Source: Chrysomallon squamiferum
Taxonomy: Eukaryota > Animalia > Mollusca
Direction: 5' to 3'
Length of the DNA stretch: 64,000 bases
Assembly (NCBI GenBank): GCA_012295275.1
Contig: CM022672.1
Location: 3,224,001 to 3,288,000 of the forward strand
The translations under genes and the position numbers were made by a program. This document shows, in pieces, positions 1 to 23,128 of the stretch (the first letter of the stretch is position 1; each line of letters starts with the position of its first letter). A model generated the notes under the pieces. That model did no database searches. It had not been told where the DNA came from and worked only from the letters and a program-made list of their open reading frames with translations.

Positions 1-59
1 CTGAAAGATAGAGAAAGAGAGAGGAAGAGGAGTATGTACCTGTAAAGAAAATTACACGC

Positions 60-490
<431 letters not shown>

Positions 491-1646
491 GAAAGTTGCA
501 GACAGCGGAAAAGAAATACAGGTATAAAAAGGAAAGCGAAAGTGAGATAATAATAATAATAATAATAATAAAATAATAATAATAAAAATAACAATAAATA
601 ATAATAATAATAATAATTAATAATAATAACAATAATAATAATAATAATATACTTTAATTTAATTTTCAGATTCGTGAGAAAACGTTCTGCTGAAAAAGGG
701 ACTGCCTGAATATATTATCGAAGAACAAATGTCACTGCTTTACTTCAGGAAAATATATTACAGAAACGAATAAAAATAAATAAATAAATAGAGAGAGAGA
801 GAGAATATATATATATAATTTAGAGCCTTTTCTTTTCCTGATAAATGGATTCTTATCTATCTGTAACCTTATAATGTTGTATTTAATCGTGTGCATTATT
901 GTGATATACAGAAGGTTTACAACCACTGTGATCTGATCCACAGAACAAAATGTACCGAAGGATATAAAATTTAAAAGCAGCATTAATAAGGTTGATCAAG
1001 AGTACAGTTAAACAACAGGTTAATCCATCCCTTAATGGATCTTATCACCAGTAATTTTATCTCTGAACAATCCAGACTGAAATCCTGTTTTCCTGGGGTT
1101 AGACCGCTCAGGTTATCATCCCTGTGTATTTCTAAAACATTGTTTAGACAATTATTGAATCGTTCTGTTGGTTTGTAGCAGTTAAACGCATTTTATAATA
1201 TGTTAGGAAAATAATTTTTTTTTTTTTTTTTTTTTTATATATATAATGTGTCTTTATCTATTTCTTTGATAAATATTACGGAATTTGATTAATTTGTATA
1301 AAAATAAATAAATGAAAACATTTCTATAAATATATGATTCAAGAATTAATGTTATTATGCTATAAAACTATAAAACCTGATAATAAAGATGTTTGACTAA
1401 AAATGTATATGGATGTGGAAGAATTTTATTATATGATATAAATTTAGTCATTTAATAAAAGGTTCTTCAAGTAGTTGATAGTTAATAATATTACCTTATT
1501 ACGGTGTTTTTTTCTATTTTTTTTTTTTTTTCATTCTCTTTTTAACTATTTTTTTTTTTTTTTTTTATTTTAATATTTTTTTTTTTTTTTTAAATTAGTT
1601 TTTCTTTATTATTATATTGTTGCTATTACTATTACTTTTATTATTA

Positions 1647-1689
<43 letters not shown>

Positions 1690-1888
1690 CATCATTATTT
1701 ATAATAGATTGTGTGAAATTTATTTAATTAATAATATGATATAACAAACATTATTTTATACGCGCACAGAGAGACATAGGCAGAGAAAAACAGACATACA
1801 GATAATCATTAAAACATTAATTCAAACACGAAAATAATAAGCACAAAATGTACTTGTAATAATTTTTTTTTTACCGTACTACACTAAA

Positions 1889-1927
<39 letters not shown>

Positions 1928-2039
1928 ACGACGCAATATACACACAACTATGGTGTACTGACTAACACGGTATTACAATAATTTTTCTAGGAAGGATGGG
2001 TTATCTTTCATTTCTATCAGTGATTGTTCTTACTATTTC

Positions 2040-2070
<31 letters not shown>

Positions 2071-2319
2071 AAAATTATTAAAAAAAAATCGTTACAAGGA
2101 TAATTTCAGACCTATGGAAGTGTAGAAATAATATGTCGCTTCCTTAATAATAACAAAACAGATTTCAACACGAAGACAAAATGAGGGGTGTGAGAGAGGT
2201 TTGACAGTCATGCAGGAAGAGAATAGCTGTTAAACGTCAGGACGTACAAAAGACAAAACCAGACACCGACAACGATCAGCTGAAGGTTTGGCAAAATCCA
2301 GGAAGAAAAGAAAAAAAAA

Positions 2320-2460
2320 AAGAAATTGTTTTGTTTGACACATTTTTTAACCTATTGTTACATAGCGGCGTTAATCGTGTTGGCAGCTAAAGGCCACACA
2401 GATAATAAGAAAAGAAACCCGCAGCAAACACGATCTTTTATTCATTTAGCAGCAAGATAT
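2320..2460 (+). mobile_element. Possible degenerate short interspersed repeat
   Basis: aaggccacacagata..gaaacccgc..ttagcagcaag resembles, from memory only, an abundant gastropod interspersed repeat; not verified. Confidence 0.3.
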
Positions 2461-2957
2461 ATATTTTTTTAAACTCAGCAACAAAGTCTTTTTAAATTAT
2501 TAGCAAAAGATCTTTTATCAGTTAACAGTAAGAGTGGATTTCCAGTCTGCAGCAAAATTCCTCTTCGATTTATCAGATGATTCACTAAGATGAAGATAAA
2601 CATTAAGGTTAAAAGAAATTGCTAAGATAACGCTTAATGTGACAAAGGATTTAAATGTTTAAGCATATTTGTTGTGGCACATTTTCTGACTTAGCATGGT
2701 AGATCTTCTCATCGTTATTTTAGTTTTACAAACAAAACATAAACAAACACTTATTAACTTTTAATTATTTATTAAAATGTTTAAATTTGGAACAAAAGAC
2801 AGTTTCCAATATGAAACGTTTGAAAATGATTATCTGTCGCAAATTTATATTATATTAAGCAATAACGTAAAACACACATGCAAAAATTGTTAGTAATACT
2901 AGTAGCAGTAATAGTGGTAACAATAACATTAACAACAACAACAACAACAACAACAAC

Positions 2958-3029
<72 letters not shown>

Positions 3030-3101
3030 AATAATAATAACAATAATAATAATAATAATAATAATGATAATGTTAATAATAATAACAATAAAAACAATAA
3101 C

Positions 3102-3156
<55 letters not shown>

Positions 3157-4076
3157 TATATTTCCTGCCATAATATTTGGCTTTGTGCGATTGTCATATG
3201 AAATATCCAAACCAATTCCACATAAAGCATTTAAAAATAAATTATACAAAAAACATAAAATAAAAAATTATATATATATATATATTAAGTTTTACCAAAA
3301 ATTGCACGAAAGACATTATGTCTTACTTTTCTTCATACAGAAAACTATTCATGTATAGGAATAATGGTAATTAAGGTTAATATAGCTATATATTAATACA
3401 GTGTCATTCACAGAGAAATACATTAATATATTAATATTACGATATGCAGATATTCATTTAAATTTTTTTTAACTTATATACATATTGGGTTTTTTTTCAG
3501 TCATAAATAGCATTAAAATTGTATTAATGTACAGATATTTGATTACTAATTGTTATATTACAAGAAAGATATATATATATATATATCCAAAACAAAAACT
3601 GAAACTGAAAGTAGGAGGTTATCGAGTTTGTTATTTTTTATTTATATATAGGAAATGAAGCATTAAATAAACGATATCTGTGTGATTAAATGTTTTAGTG
3701 GAGTTAGGAAAAGTATTTCAAACCAAACTGCAGTTTGTCATTTTAATAAGAAAAATGATAAACTAATTAACTAATTTAATAAATCAAACTAACCAAACGA
3801 CACAATTTCCAACTTACAGAACGACTGAATGACACCGTGACTAACAATAAACAATTAGTAATTACATATTTAACAAACGAGTAAAATACATTGACATGAC
3901 GTCAGACTTTTTATATACTAATGTCTGAGTGAGAAAAAAACTGTTAATAATTATCAATAAATAATTAATAAATTAATGATAATGTCATATATATTTTGGC
4001 GTATAATTTCTTAATGCCATTACTTGTCTCATCTTTGGTGTTTTTTTAGCATAATTTGGAAGTCGTGAGCTAATTT

Positions 4077-5951
4077 CTAATCCAGATTCCTTCTGAAATG
4101 ACTTCGAATCTGCTGCAACATTCGCAGAGCTCTGTGCAGTGTAATGTACGCATAGCCCTGAGCTTGAGTTGGCGACGGTTCCGAAGATTCCATGGGAAAG
4201 CACGAAGACTGCCGACACACGCTACTGGGCAAAGAGATGCCACGTGATCTCATTGCGAGCCACAGATAACAGACTGGTTCTCGTATCGAACCTTCCAGCT
4301 GAATGTCGTGAAGCGTAGCCTCGACTCTGGAAGAAGTTGTCAGATTTGCCGCCATAGCAACAAGCAGACGATAAGCTTCGTAGATGTTTTCCTGCTGCAA
4401 AAAACAACAACAAAAAAACCCAGTTTAATATCAGTTTCAGATAGCTTCTGTGATTGTTACGCATCGCTGACTAATCAGTCATGTTAGACACAGAGTTCTT
4501 TCGATATCGTCTACTACGCTAACAACTGATTTTTGTTTTATTTTATTTTATTTTATTTATTTATTTATTTTAATATTTTAATATGTTTCTATTATTATTA
4601 TTATTATTAGTAGTAGTATTAATTCATTAACTTATTATTTAACTTATTTATTTTGTTGTTATTATTATTATTATTATTAATGTTAAAAAGGATAAACTGA
4701 AAGTGATATAAATTTCATTAATTAATATAATAGTTTATATAATACTATGGTAAAAGCCTGATTACAGACACACATACACACAGAGAGAGACACACACGTA
4801 TAGGTGTATGTGCGTAACATTATTTTTATCTGTAATTTTAAATAAGATGAATCCAGTCTTCTGATAAAAAAAATAATAAAAAACTTCGTCTTTCTTTAGG
4901 TTCATTTTTTTTCTGTTTGAATTCATCCCAGTAAATTGTAATCTACTTCTGGAATATCCAGTGACATTAATTATATTTATAGTTCATACACTTATCAACC
5001 ATTTACGTCAAAAAAAAAAAATAATAATAATAATAAAGAATAAAAAAAAATCACTAATTACATTCCCTAACCAGTACTTCAAATCTACTTCGTCTAACAG
5101 AAATCACACACAGTTGAAGATTTCCTGATTCCGCCGTAAAAACTAATCCCTTACTTCTCCTTAACCCCTTACTGATCAGGTTTGAGCTTTGGAACCCACA
5201 AGCAAACTTCAAGGTAATAAACAGTAAGATAACATCAACAACAACAACAACAAGCGCTGCTGTCACACGGAACAAAGAGGATACAAGCGTCTCGGGAATA
5301 TTAATAGAGAACAAGTCATGCGTATGTGTGACAGAACGTGAAACGTTGCCACATGTTGACAACTCGAAAGGTCTGCGGATATCAAAAGGGCTGATTATTA
5401 ATAATGCTGACTAGTCAGTACACGCAAAGGCTGACGGGATGAGCACGTGGTTTTTTTTAAAAAGAGTTAAACATTGTTCTTGGCCTTACCTCACTCACTG
5501 CCATGGAAAACGGACTTGCCGGTGGAAAATTCCGAAAAGCATTCAAAACGTTGTTACCCGATGACCACTGAATGACATTTTCCTGTGGGAAAAAAATTAA
5601 GACATATTTAAAATATATATAAATTTAATAATATAAAAATTAAACAGAAATAAAGATTAAAGTCATACAACATAAGAGATTATTTCCAGAAGTTTTATGA
5701 AGGTGTATATATATATATGTCTTATTTAATTAATTAAAGTAATATTTTACAACAACAACAAAAACAGTAATAATAACAATAATAATAACAATAATAATAA
5801 TAACAACAACACTATTGTTGATGTTACTATCATCACTACTAATAAAACCACTACAGTTACTACTACTGTTACTTCAACTATTAATATTTACTACCATGAT
5901 AGTTTCGTCTGTTCTGCTACTATTCCTGTTACCGTTAAGCCTTCTGCTATA

Positions 5952-5996
<45 letters not shown>

Positions 5997-6432
5997 GCTA
6001 CTACCACGACTGTTATTATTACGACGACAACTACTGCGGCAATTACTACTGTCACGACGGCCGTTACGTTCGCTCACGCTACAATTTCTGATACTTACGA
6101 ACATCAGTCTCCTTCTCTCTAACGACGTCTTCGCCCGCTGTAACGACGTCGTAAAGTGTCGCAGCATGTTTCGGGATAAGACTGTAGCTTCTGTTGTTGC
6201 GCTGGGTCTGAATGTCGATTCCTGCAAACCAGGACAAGGGTGACACCAGTCGATTCTGCATGTTAGTCCGAGAACGCATTCTCTGTTGTAATCGCACAGC
6301 TGTCGTCTGCAAACCACGTGACCACTAACTCCGTTAATCAGCACGAGGAAAATGCAAAGGTGTGTCAGAATGGCTGTGGGGAAATAATAATAACAATTAA
6401 AGTAATAACAACAACAATAATAATAATAATAA

Positions 6433-6479
<47 letters not shown>

Positions 6480-6983
6480 AAAAGAATAATAATAAGAAGA
6501 AGAAGAAGAAGAAGAAGAAAAAAAAGAATAATAATAATAAGAAGAAGAAGGAGAATTAGAATAAAGAATATATACACAGATAAAGACAGATAGTGCAATA
6601 GTCAGGCAAAACAATACAAACAAAAAGCAAAAATAGGAAACTAAATAACTATCTGCATTTTGTTTTAAAATGTAGAAATAAAGCTTTATTAATAAAAATA
6701 TATATTTTATATGCATTAATTAATTAAGTGATTAAGTTTACAAAGTGCATTTAATTTTTGATACATGTACACTTTATTTAATTTATTAAAATTAAATAAA
6801 TATGTGAATTAATTTTCAAAATTTCAGAACTAATGTAAAAAGATTTCTTCAGTATTTTTACGAAACATTTCAAAATATTGAAATTTTAGCTACAAAATTT
6901 AAGAAGAAGTAATTGATTAAAAAATTAATAAAAAAAAAAAAAAAAAATTAATAACCAATTAAATAAACATAAAAAAAAAATTA

Positions 6984-7069
<86 letters not shown>

Positions 7070-7211
7070 ATAAATAAATAAATAACACAATAAAAAAATA
7101 ATAAAAAATAAATAACAATAAATTTTTTTTTAAATAATTAAAAAAAATTAAAGGAACTCCAATTATTGGAAATAACAATAATTATAATAATTTAAAGATT
7201 TAACAATGGAG

Positions 7212-7246
<35 letters not shown>

Positions 7247-7379
7247 AACGAAGACCACTTCAAAATCTGAGTTTACCAAAATATTAATAATTAATTGTTT
7301 AAATCTTCTGTCATCATCTGAAATTAACAGATACACCTAAGTTACATTTAAATATATTACAAACAAAAGTATTACCCAT
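4077..7379 (-). CDS. Gene A: putative secreted long-chain four-helix (IL-6/LIF/CNTF-like) cytokine, ~229 aa; exons 7379-7376, 6373-6099, 5582-5490, 4394-4077
   Basis: ATG G|GTAATA; ccccacag|..TTC|GTAAGT (275 nt); tcccacag|..GAG|GTAAGG (93 nt); ttgcag|CAG GAA..TAG. Phases 1-0-0 join without stops. Signal peptide MAILTHLCIFLVLINGVSG, then a 6-Cys module, FPP loop, QENIYEAYRLLVAMAANL and GYAYITLHRALRMLQQIRSHF helices. The 4-nt first coding exon is the least certain part. Confidence 0.8.
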
Positions 7380-7961
7380 GTTAACCATTGTGTAATATTA
7401 AATATTAACAATTTCAAAACGCCGTCAACACTAGAACTAATGACAAATTGAACATCAATCCCCTTTTTATTTAAATTCCAAAAAAAAAAAAAAAGGTTAT
7501 TTCTGTATTACTCACATTTCCCATTTTCTGATGTCTGTAGATTTTCGAAACATATTTATTTGAAAAACCTAATTTTAGTTTATAACAAAACTTCTTTTGG
7601 TGTGGCATTTAAGGAAGCCTTAATGATTGGTTTCGAGGGAAAAATAAAAAAAAACCAGGGGTGTCAGATCGAATTGGTGGGGGGGAAGGAGAAGGGATTG
7701 TAATTTACAAGGAAAACGGACCAAGCAGATATAAATAACGTTTTATTTTTAAACGTACCCCATAGAACCGAACAGTTACGGGTCGCTGAAAATTAACTAT
7801 TGTTAGTATAGGCGCACTTAGTACGTTTTTGTGTAGACTTTCGTGTTCAAAGAAACAATGAAACAAAAACAAGTCGACATTCTGCGAGTTATTTCTACCA
7901 GCAGCTTCAAGAGTTATTTTATATACAGTGTTCTATGATGCCGAACAAACTTCTCAACTTT

Positions 7962-8008
<47 letters not shown>

Positions 8009-9643
8009 TGTATTTATTTATTTATATACAAATCAAGTTATTAATCATTCATCTCTGTTAAACTGAGGAACTGCTATAAACAAGGGGGGGGAAGGAACAG
8101 TTATTGTTTAACAGATGACGTGTTCAAAAATCTTTGCAAGAAAATATTGCGTATAAATTACGCTTAGTCCTGCTCAATACGTCGAGATATCAATCAAAAT
8201 ACTTCTCAGTTACTGAATCAAACCTCGCACATTGAAACCCACGCAGTGAATTTGAGAATCATTATTTTTGTTTCAATCTCTTTGTTACAAAGAATTACTG
8301 AAACTACCGCCTACACGATTACGGGTATGTACTCAGTATTAAATTATTTATAACTAATATTTAATTGATTGCGCTGTTTTCTGTTTTGATATCCAGAAGT
8401 ATGTGAAAGAGAAAGAAATTGTGTCAAGCAGTAATCGAAAATGGAATCAGAGTGAAAGAAAAAACCCGTAGAAAAATTCACAGAGTGGTGTTGGTATGGA
8501 GTAAGCGACACATGCAGACGAACGTATGTATGGATGGACAGACGCACACCCCCACACACACACACACACACACATATATACACCTACACACATACGTACA
8601 GACATACAGTCATGAAAATAGAGAGTCACCTAGTGGACAGACATTACTAAAGAGAAGAGCAAGTATTGTATAGAGAGACAGGTAAGTAGACAGACAGACA
8701 GACAGTCAGAGTGACAGATATCTTAGTAAAAAGGAAGAGAGTAACTAGGAGAATAACAATGCAGAAAACAAAGAAAATCAGAGTAATAAAACATGCTTGT
8801 TTATTTTTTTTATTTTTTTTTTTTGTTTTGTGTTTTTATCATCATCGTCGTCGTCGTCGTCATCATCATCATTCACGTATGCATTTCTGTCGTTGCTCTG
8901 AACATTTCCTCGTCAGTATTCATACCGCATGAGGCGGTGCCTGCTTTCGGCTCGGCTGTAAGAAAGTGGAAGAACAAAGCAGTCGTTTTTGATTTGAACT
9001 CGAATGAACAATAACGTCCAGTCACGACCTCACAAACCGCGTCACGTGCCTGTGACGAGGCTTCAAAAAGGCGGACGTCGTTGGCGTTCGGCCAACAGAA
9101 CAACGCGGGGGGGGGAAACAAAGTTGCTCAATAACCGAGGGTAACCACCGCTTCCTAACGAGGTGTGTCTTCCCGTCTGGTCGAATTCCCAGGTCGTCGA
9201 AATAACTCGTCTTTCGTCAAAATACCCGTTTACCTCTGTGTGTAATGAACTTGGCCTCTTCGTGTCCATACAAGTTTTGATTGTAGACGGACAGTGGTTT
9301 ATTTACTAGTATACATATATCTGGTTTCTTTATTCTTCTTATTGCTGCCATGAAGTTGGCTCTTGATTCTAAAAAAAAAAAAAAAAAAAAAGTTTGTAAA
9401 TCGATTGTGAAACATCAAGCAGAACAAGTGTTCACGACTCAGTTGTTGTAGACTGTTTACGTTTCCAGTCACAGCCAAGATGTTGCAGGTCGTGAGATCG
9501 ATCTTCTTCTTCTTCTTCTTCTTCTTCTTCTTTTTCTTCTTCTTCTTCTTCTTCTTCTTATTATTATTATTGTTATTATTATTATTATTGTTGTTATCAT
9601 CATCAAAATTGTTATTATTATTATGATTATGATTATGATGATG

Positions 9644-9682
<39 letters not shown>

Positions 9683-11064
9683 TAATGTGGTCATTTCTAA
9701 TTCATCAATATTTCGTTTCCGTTAAAAAAAATAAAAATAAATAAAAAATCCTAAAATTTATGGTCGATTAAAAACACAGTTAATTGAGCACAGAAAATTC
9801 TAGATTTGTACAATATTATTATAACACTGTACCTATTACTGAACTTACAGAAACATCAGACACACGTGTTTTTAATATGATATTTTTTAGATGAATACCT
9901 TCTTTTTTAATTACTTACATTCAGTACATGGACTATTTCGAGATTTTCATATTTGCATACTTTAAGCGAACAAGCGGTTTCCATACTTCAGTAATACACC
10001 TCGGATTAACGATGTAATTGGTTCCAAATTTCCGATCGTTAAGTGGGAGACTAATTTACATAGAATTAAGGTTAAAAACAGTGGTTACGTTCTACGCGAT
10101 TGAAATTTGACATAAAAAAGAAAAGTTAAATAAGGAGAAATAAAACGGCAACTTAGACATAATTGATTTAAGAGATCACAGATATTAAACAAACAATAAA
10201 TCATTTAAAAATCAGTTTATACAAATACATTAAGAAATAATTATATGCTGCTCATTGTGGGTTTTGGTTTCATTTAAGATAATGCATTTTGTTTCTAAAG
10301 TTATTGTCATCCTTTTCTTTTTATCATCAGCATTTGCCGGTATGCTGTTATTCGTTTTGACATATTGGAAGGTAAATTACAAACGAGTTTAAGTCTAAAT
10401 CGAAGCAGAAGAGAAAAGAGAATCAAAATATCAGATGCACGTATGACGTGTCAACTGATCAACACAGCTGAGGGAAGCTCGTGAATGAACGAAAACGGAC
10501 CTAAACACATGCATTGTATCCATTTGTATCATTTATTTCGAACAATTAACTATTTAATTTCTATTTATATAATTTGTAAAACAACAATTAAAGGATCGTT
10601 AAAGCGGGATATCGTTAAGCGAGGTATTACTGTATTTATACAATAATAATCGGTTTCCAAATAATCTGCAACAGTTCATTATAATGACTGACGTAAAAAC
10701 ATGCATGTCAATAAGCCTTTCGACAAACTGGGAATTCGACCAGATGGGAAGAAATCCTCTTACGAAGCACACCGTTCTTTTTTCCTTTCGGTCATTTTTG
10801 CGTGCATCTATTTTTTTTTTGTGGGAAACCTGACACTGGTATTTTTAGGATTTTGAATATTCTGTGTTTTATGTACGTCTGATTAGATTCCGCACACAGA
10901 CACTATTTGGGAACGCTCTGGCACAGGAGGACAAAGTCCAATCACGACCTCAAAAACCTCGTCAAATGCCTCTGACGAGACTTGAATGTGTGGCTCACAC
11001 TCGTCCGCACTCCTAAAGCAGACTATGATACCGTTCAGATATCCAAACAACCTAAGAAAAAAAG

Positions 11065-11097
11065 ATTGTGTGTATGTGTGTGCACATGCATAGATGT

Positions 11098-11132
<35 letters not shown>

Positions 11133-11388
11133 TGTATTCATGTATGTATTTATGCTCTTGTGCATATAATGTGTGTGTATGTTTGTATGTGCGTACGTAC
11201 GTATGTATGTATGTATGTGTGTGTGTGTTTGTATGTATGTATGTATGTATGTATGTACGTATGTATGTATGTACGTATGTATGTATGTATGTATATATGT
11301 ATGTATGTATTTATGTATGTGTGTGTGTGTATGTATGTATGTATGTATTATGTATATATATATATATATGTATATATATATGTATGTA

Positions 11389-11424
<36 letters not shown>

Positions 11425-11540
11425 TGTATGTATGTATGTATGTATGTATATATGTATGTATATATGTATGTATGTATGTATGTATTATATATGTACGACG
11501 TGTCTATGTAAGTATGCACAGATATATGTATATATGTACG
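11065..11540. repeat. (TATG)n/(TA)n/(TG)n compound microsatellite
   Basis: Visible simple repeat. Confidence 0.95.
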
Positions 11541-12064
11541 CATGACAAAGAAATGAATCTTACCAAGTATAACAATCACAGAAGCACGAGCAACAACAAC
11601 AACAACAAAAACAAACACCCAATACCCGCCCCCAAAAAAAAACACCAACATAATGTTTGTAAACATGATTTTTGTAAACAAATTTCGTTCTATGATCACC
11701 TGATCAGTATTGATATTAGTGGAATTAACTTAAATTTTAACAATAACAAATGTTTTATCCCAGCGTAGATATTTAAATTAGATAACATTGAAACAGAAGG
11801 AAATAATCCTGGACGATTATACAGTTTTAATGTTGTCACAATTTATCTCCCTTGATATGCCGCATGCATGAGAAAAAGAAAAAAAGAACTACACTTTTAG
11901 GAAGTTGTAAATAAATATTCATTATGCTTGAGAAGTCATATTCTGGCATATTTTTATTATATTTTTTTTTTTTTGAATTTTATATATTTATTAAATGAAA
12001 TGCTTTACTCCCATGTATGTACATATTCAACCACCCATGTATGTATGTATGTATATCTATATAG

Positions 12065-12100
<36 letters not shown>

Positions 12101-12126
12101 TTATGTGTATATATATATATATATAT

Positions 12127-13021
<895 letters not shown>

Positions 13022-13536
13022 TAAGGTGAAAAAATAAATAAGTGTTTATTTTCATCGATAAAAGTGATATGAAATGTTTATAGTCAGTATCACAAAACAT
13101 TAACACCTTTATTAATTGACTCAATTTTATTTATTAACTTTATTATATACATATTTGGTTTTCTCTTCAGAGATTACAAAAATCATTATCATTATGATAA
13201 AACCTTTCTTTATAAGCAGTAATATTAAAATATATTTACATCACATCATGTTTTAAAAACCACACGTTTGTGTATCTATGTATGAATGCATGCATATATG
13301 TATATGCGTTTGTATGTACGTATGTGTGTACGCAATAGTAATAAATAGCAATAAATATTAAAAGGATACTTTATAAGAAATGACAACAATTTTTTTTATT
13401 GATTGATGAATGATGGATTTCAAAACATATTCAAATAAAAAAATGTTATCATACAATTAAAGAAAACGTTAAAAAAATTAAGACATGATACATGAATGAA
13501 TGAATGAATTTGTATGACCGATGAATGATTGAATGA

Positions 13537-13567
<31 letters not shown>

Positions 13568-13794
13568 CATACGGATTATAAATCCCGCAACATCAAACAT
13601 ATTTTTTCTAAACAGAGACATAATTTAAAAATGCTTTGGCAGTTGAAATTGTAGTGTGTACCATATATACAGCAGATATACAGACTTACATTAAAAAAAG
13701 CAACAAAAAAACCACACACAAAACACACACACAAACACACCCACTGCACCAGAAAGTGATCTAATCACAACTAAACGTGTTGTTCAGTTTGCTG

Positions 13795-16848
<3,054 letters not shown>

Positions 16849-16902
16849 GATTTTCTTTAGATAGCAGATACAAATCAAATGATTAGTTTATATTGAACTT
16901 AC

Positions 16903-17108
16903 CTTATAAAGTCCCGTGATGAAAACAGATTTCAGTTTTTCCCATATTTGAAAACAGAAGTTATAAAAAGAACGTGGAATACTGAAGTGTTGCAGTTTCG
17001 CCGGTATTTCTCCAGCACCGATGACATCATCAGATTTGCCTTCCATGTTATCCTCCGACATCCGGAATATGTCACCTGTATATTTGTAAAAGCCCATTAC
17101 AAACCATG
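16903..17108 (-). other. Orphan open exon (phase 1 in, phase 0 out, 206 nt); candidate alternative exon 2 of gene B
   Basis: Strong acceptor tttgttttttgttttctttcacag and perfect AAG|GTAAGT donor; open frame WFVMGFYKY...RSFYNFCFQIWEKLKSVFITGLYK. Its first exon was not found. Confidence 0.5.
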
Positions 17109-17169
17109 CTGTGAAAGAAAACAAAAAACAAATATGTATATATTAGTAACCAATAGTACACAGTCAAGT

Positions 17170-17305
17170 CCCGCCCACGGACTTTATACAAAAAGTAAAA
17201 AGTAAAAAAACCTATTACTAGTATCATTATTATTATTATTATTTTTTTGTTTCTTAATCGATTGATAACCCACGCAGACGACACTATCTGACAAGGGGGG
17301 TTTCC
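17170..17305 (-). promoter_or_regulatory. Possible regulatory region upstream of gene B: NF-kB-consensus site, TATA and GC box
   Basis: GGGGGTTTCC (17296-17305) fits GGGRNNYYCC; minus-strand TATAAA (~17184-17189) and GGGCGGG (~17170-17176). Motif matches only. Confidence 0.3.
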
Positions 17306-17519
17306 TCTGTCTAAATATAGCAGAAGTCGCTTGCCACATTTCCGGATAAAATAGATCACCTACTTTTAATATATCGCAGTGAACTAGATTACGTAGGTGT
17401 AGGGTATGTGGTTTGCTGGTTTTGTGGTAATGTCCTGTTTCCGACCTTTGATTTAATATAATACATCTTTTGTGTAACGGTTTGTATATATATATATTAC
17501 TATTACTACTACTACTTCT

Positions 17520-21220
<3,701 letters not shown>

Positions 21221-21223
21221 ATT

Positions 21224-21263
<40 letters not shown>

Positions 21264-21270
21264 GGTGGTG

Positions 21271-21320
<50 letters not shown>

Positions 21321-21471
21321 TGTAGTTGTAGTAGTAGTAGTAGTAGTAGTATTTGTAGTAGTAGTAGCATAGTTGTACCAGTTGAGCATATTACCAGATG
21401 AACAAAATTAATTAAAATACTGTTCAGAAAAAACCTGTAAGCTGGTAGTAGTAGTAGTAGTAGTAGTTGTT

Positions 21472-21511
<40 letters not shown>

Positions 21512-22087
21512 GTGGTGGTGGTGGTGGTAGTAGTAGTAGCATTGTAGTTCCAGTTGAGCATATACAAAATTATTTAAAATACTGTTCAGAAAAACCTGTA
21601 AGCTGGTAGTAAGTAGTAGTAGTAGTAGTAGTAGTTGTTGTTGTTGTAGTAGTAGTAGTGGTGGTGGTGGTGGTAGTAGTTATAGTAGTAGTAGTAGTAG
21701 TAGTAGTAGTAATTGTAGTAGTAGTAGTAGTAGTAGTAGTAGTATTTGTAGTAGTAGTAGTATTTTGTAGTAGTAGTAGTAGCATAGTTGTACCAGTTGA
21801 GCATATTACCAGATGAACAAAATTAATTAAAATACTGTTCAGTAAAACCTGTAAGCTGGTAGTAGTAGTAGTGGTGGTGGTGGTGGTGGTGGTGGTAGTA
21901 GTAGCATTGTAGTTCCAGTTGAGCATATACAAAATTATTTAAAATACTGTTCAGAAAAACCTATAAGTTGGTAGTAGTAGTAGTAGTTGTTGTTGTTGTA
22001 GTAGTAGTAGTAGTGGTGGTGGTGGTAGTAGTTGTAGTAGTAGTAGTAGTAGTAGTTTTAGTAGTAGTAGTAGTAGTAGTAGTGGTA

Positions 22088-22181
<94 letters not shown>

Positions 22182-22274
22182 TAGTAGTAGCATAACTGTA
22201 CCAGTTGAGCATATACAAGCTTTGTATCATGTACAAAATTAATTAAAATACTGTTCAGAAAAACCTGTAAGCTG

Positions 22275-22344
<70 letters not shown>

Positions 22345-22624
22345 CATAACTGTACCAGTTGAGCATGTACAAGCTTTGTATCATGTACAAAATTATTTAA
22401 AATACCGTTCAGAAAAACCTGTAAGCTGGTGGTAGTAGTAGTGGTAGTGGTAGTGGTAGTGGTAGTAGTAGTAGTAGTAGTACTAGTAGTAATAGTAGTA
22501 GTAGTAGTAGTAGTAGTACTAGTAGTGGTAGTAGTAGTAGTAGTAGTAGTGGTAGTAGTAGTAGTAGTGGTAGTGATAGTAGTAGTAGTAGTAGTGATAG
22601 TAGTAGTAGTAGTAGTGGTAGTGA

Positions 22625-22666
<42 letters not shown>

Positions 22667-23073
22667 TAGTAGCATAGTTGTACCAGTTGAACATATACAA
22701 GCTTTGTATCATGTACAAAATTATTTAAAATACTGTTCAGAAAAACCTGTAAGCTCTGTATGAAATATAAGAGAAAACTCTTCCACTCCCTAGCATTTCG
22801 AACCAGAGATTCTGAGTCTATAAGATTCAGCAGCAATGGTTATTGCTGCCGCTGTAGAATTAATAGTAGTCCTAACAGTAGTTGTAGTAGGAGTAATAGC
22901 AGAAGTAGCAGATGTTCGTGTGACGATGATATGTTAGTAGTAGCAGGAGTAATATATGTGGTATCAGTAATACTAGTAGTAGGGGGGTGGTGGTAGTAGT
23001 AGTTGTGGTAGTTGTTTTTAATTGTTGTAGTAATATTAAGGGGTTTGGCCATTGTGTATAATAATAATAATAA

Positions 23074-23128
<55 letters not shown>

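Noticed and set aside
5054-5362. Minus ORF with a hydrophobic stretch resembling a signal-peptide exon
   Set aside because: Lies in intron 3 of gene A; the hydrophobicity comes from a (GTT)n run; its phase-1 acceptor does not fit the phase-0 donor of exon 3; no ATG.
10982-11768. YVCM/HTYI-repeat ORFs
   Set aside because: Translations of (TATG)n microsatellite.
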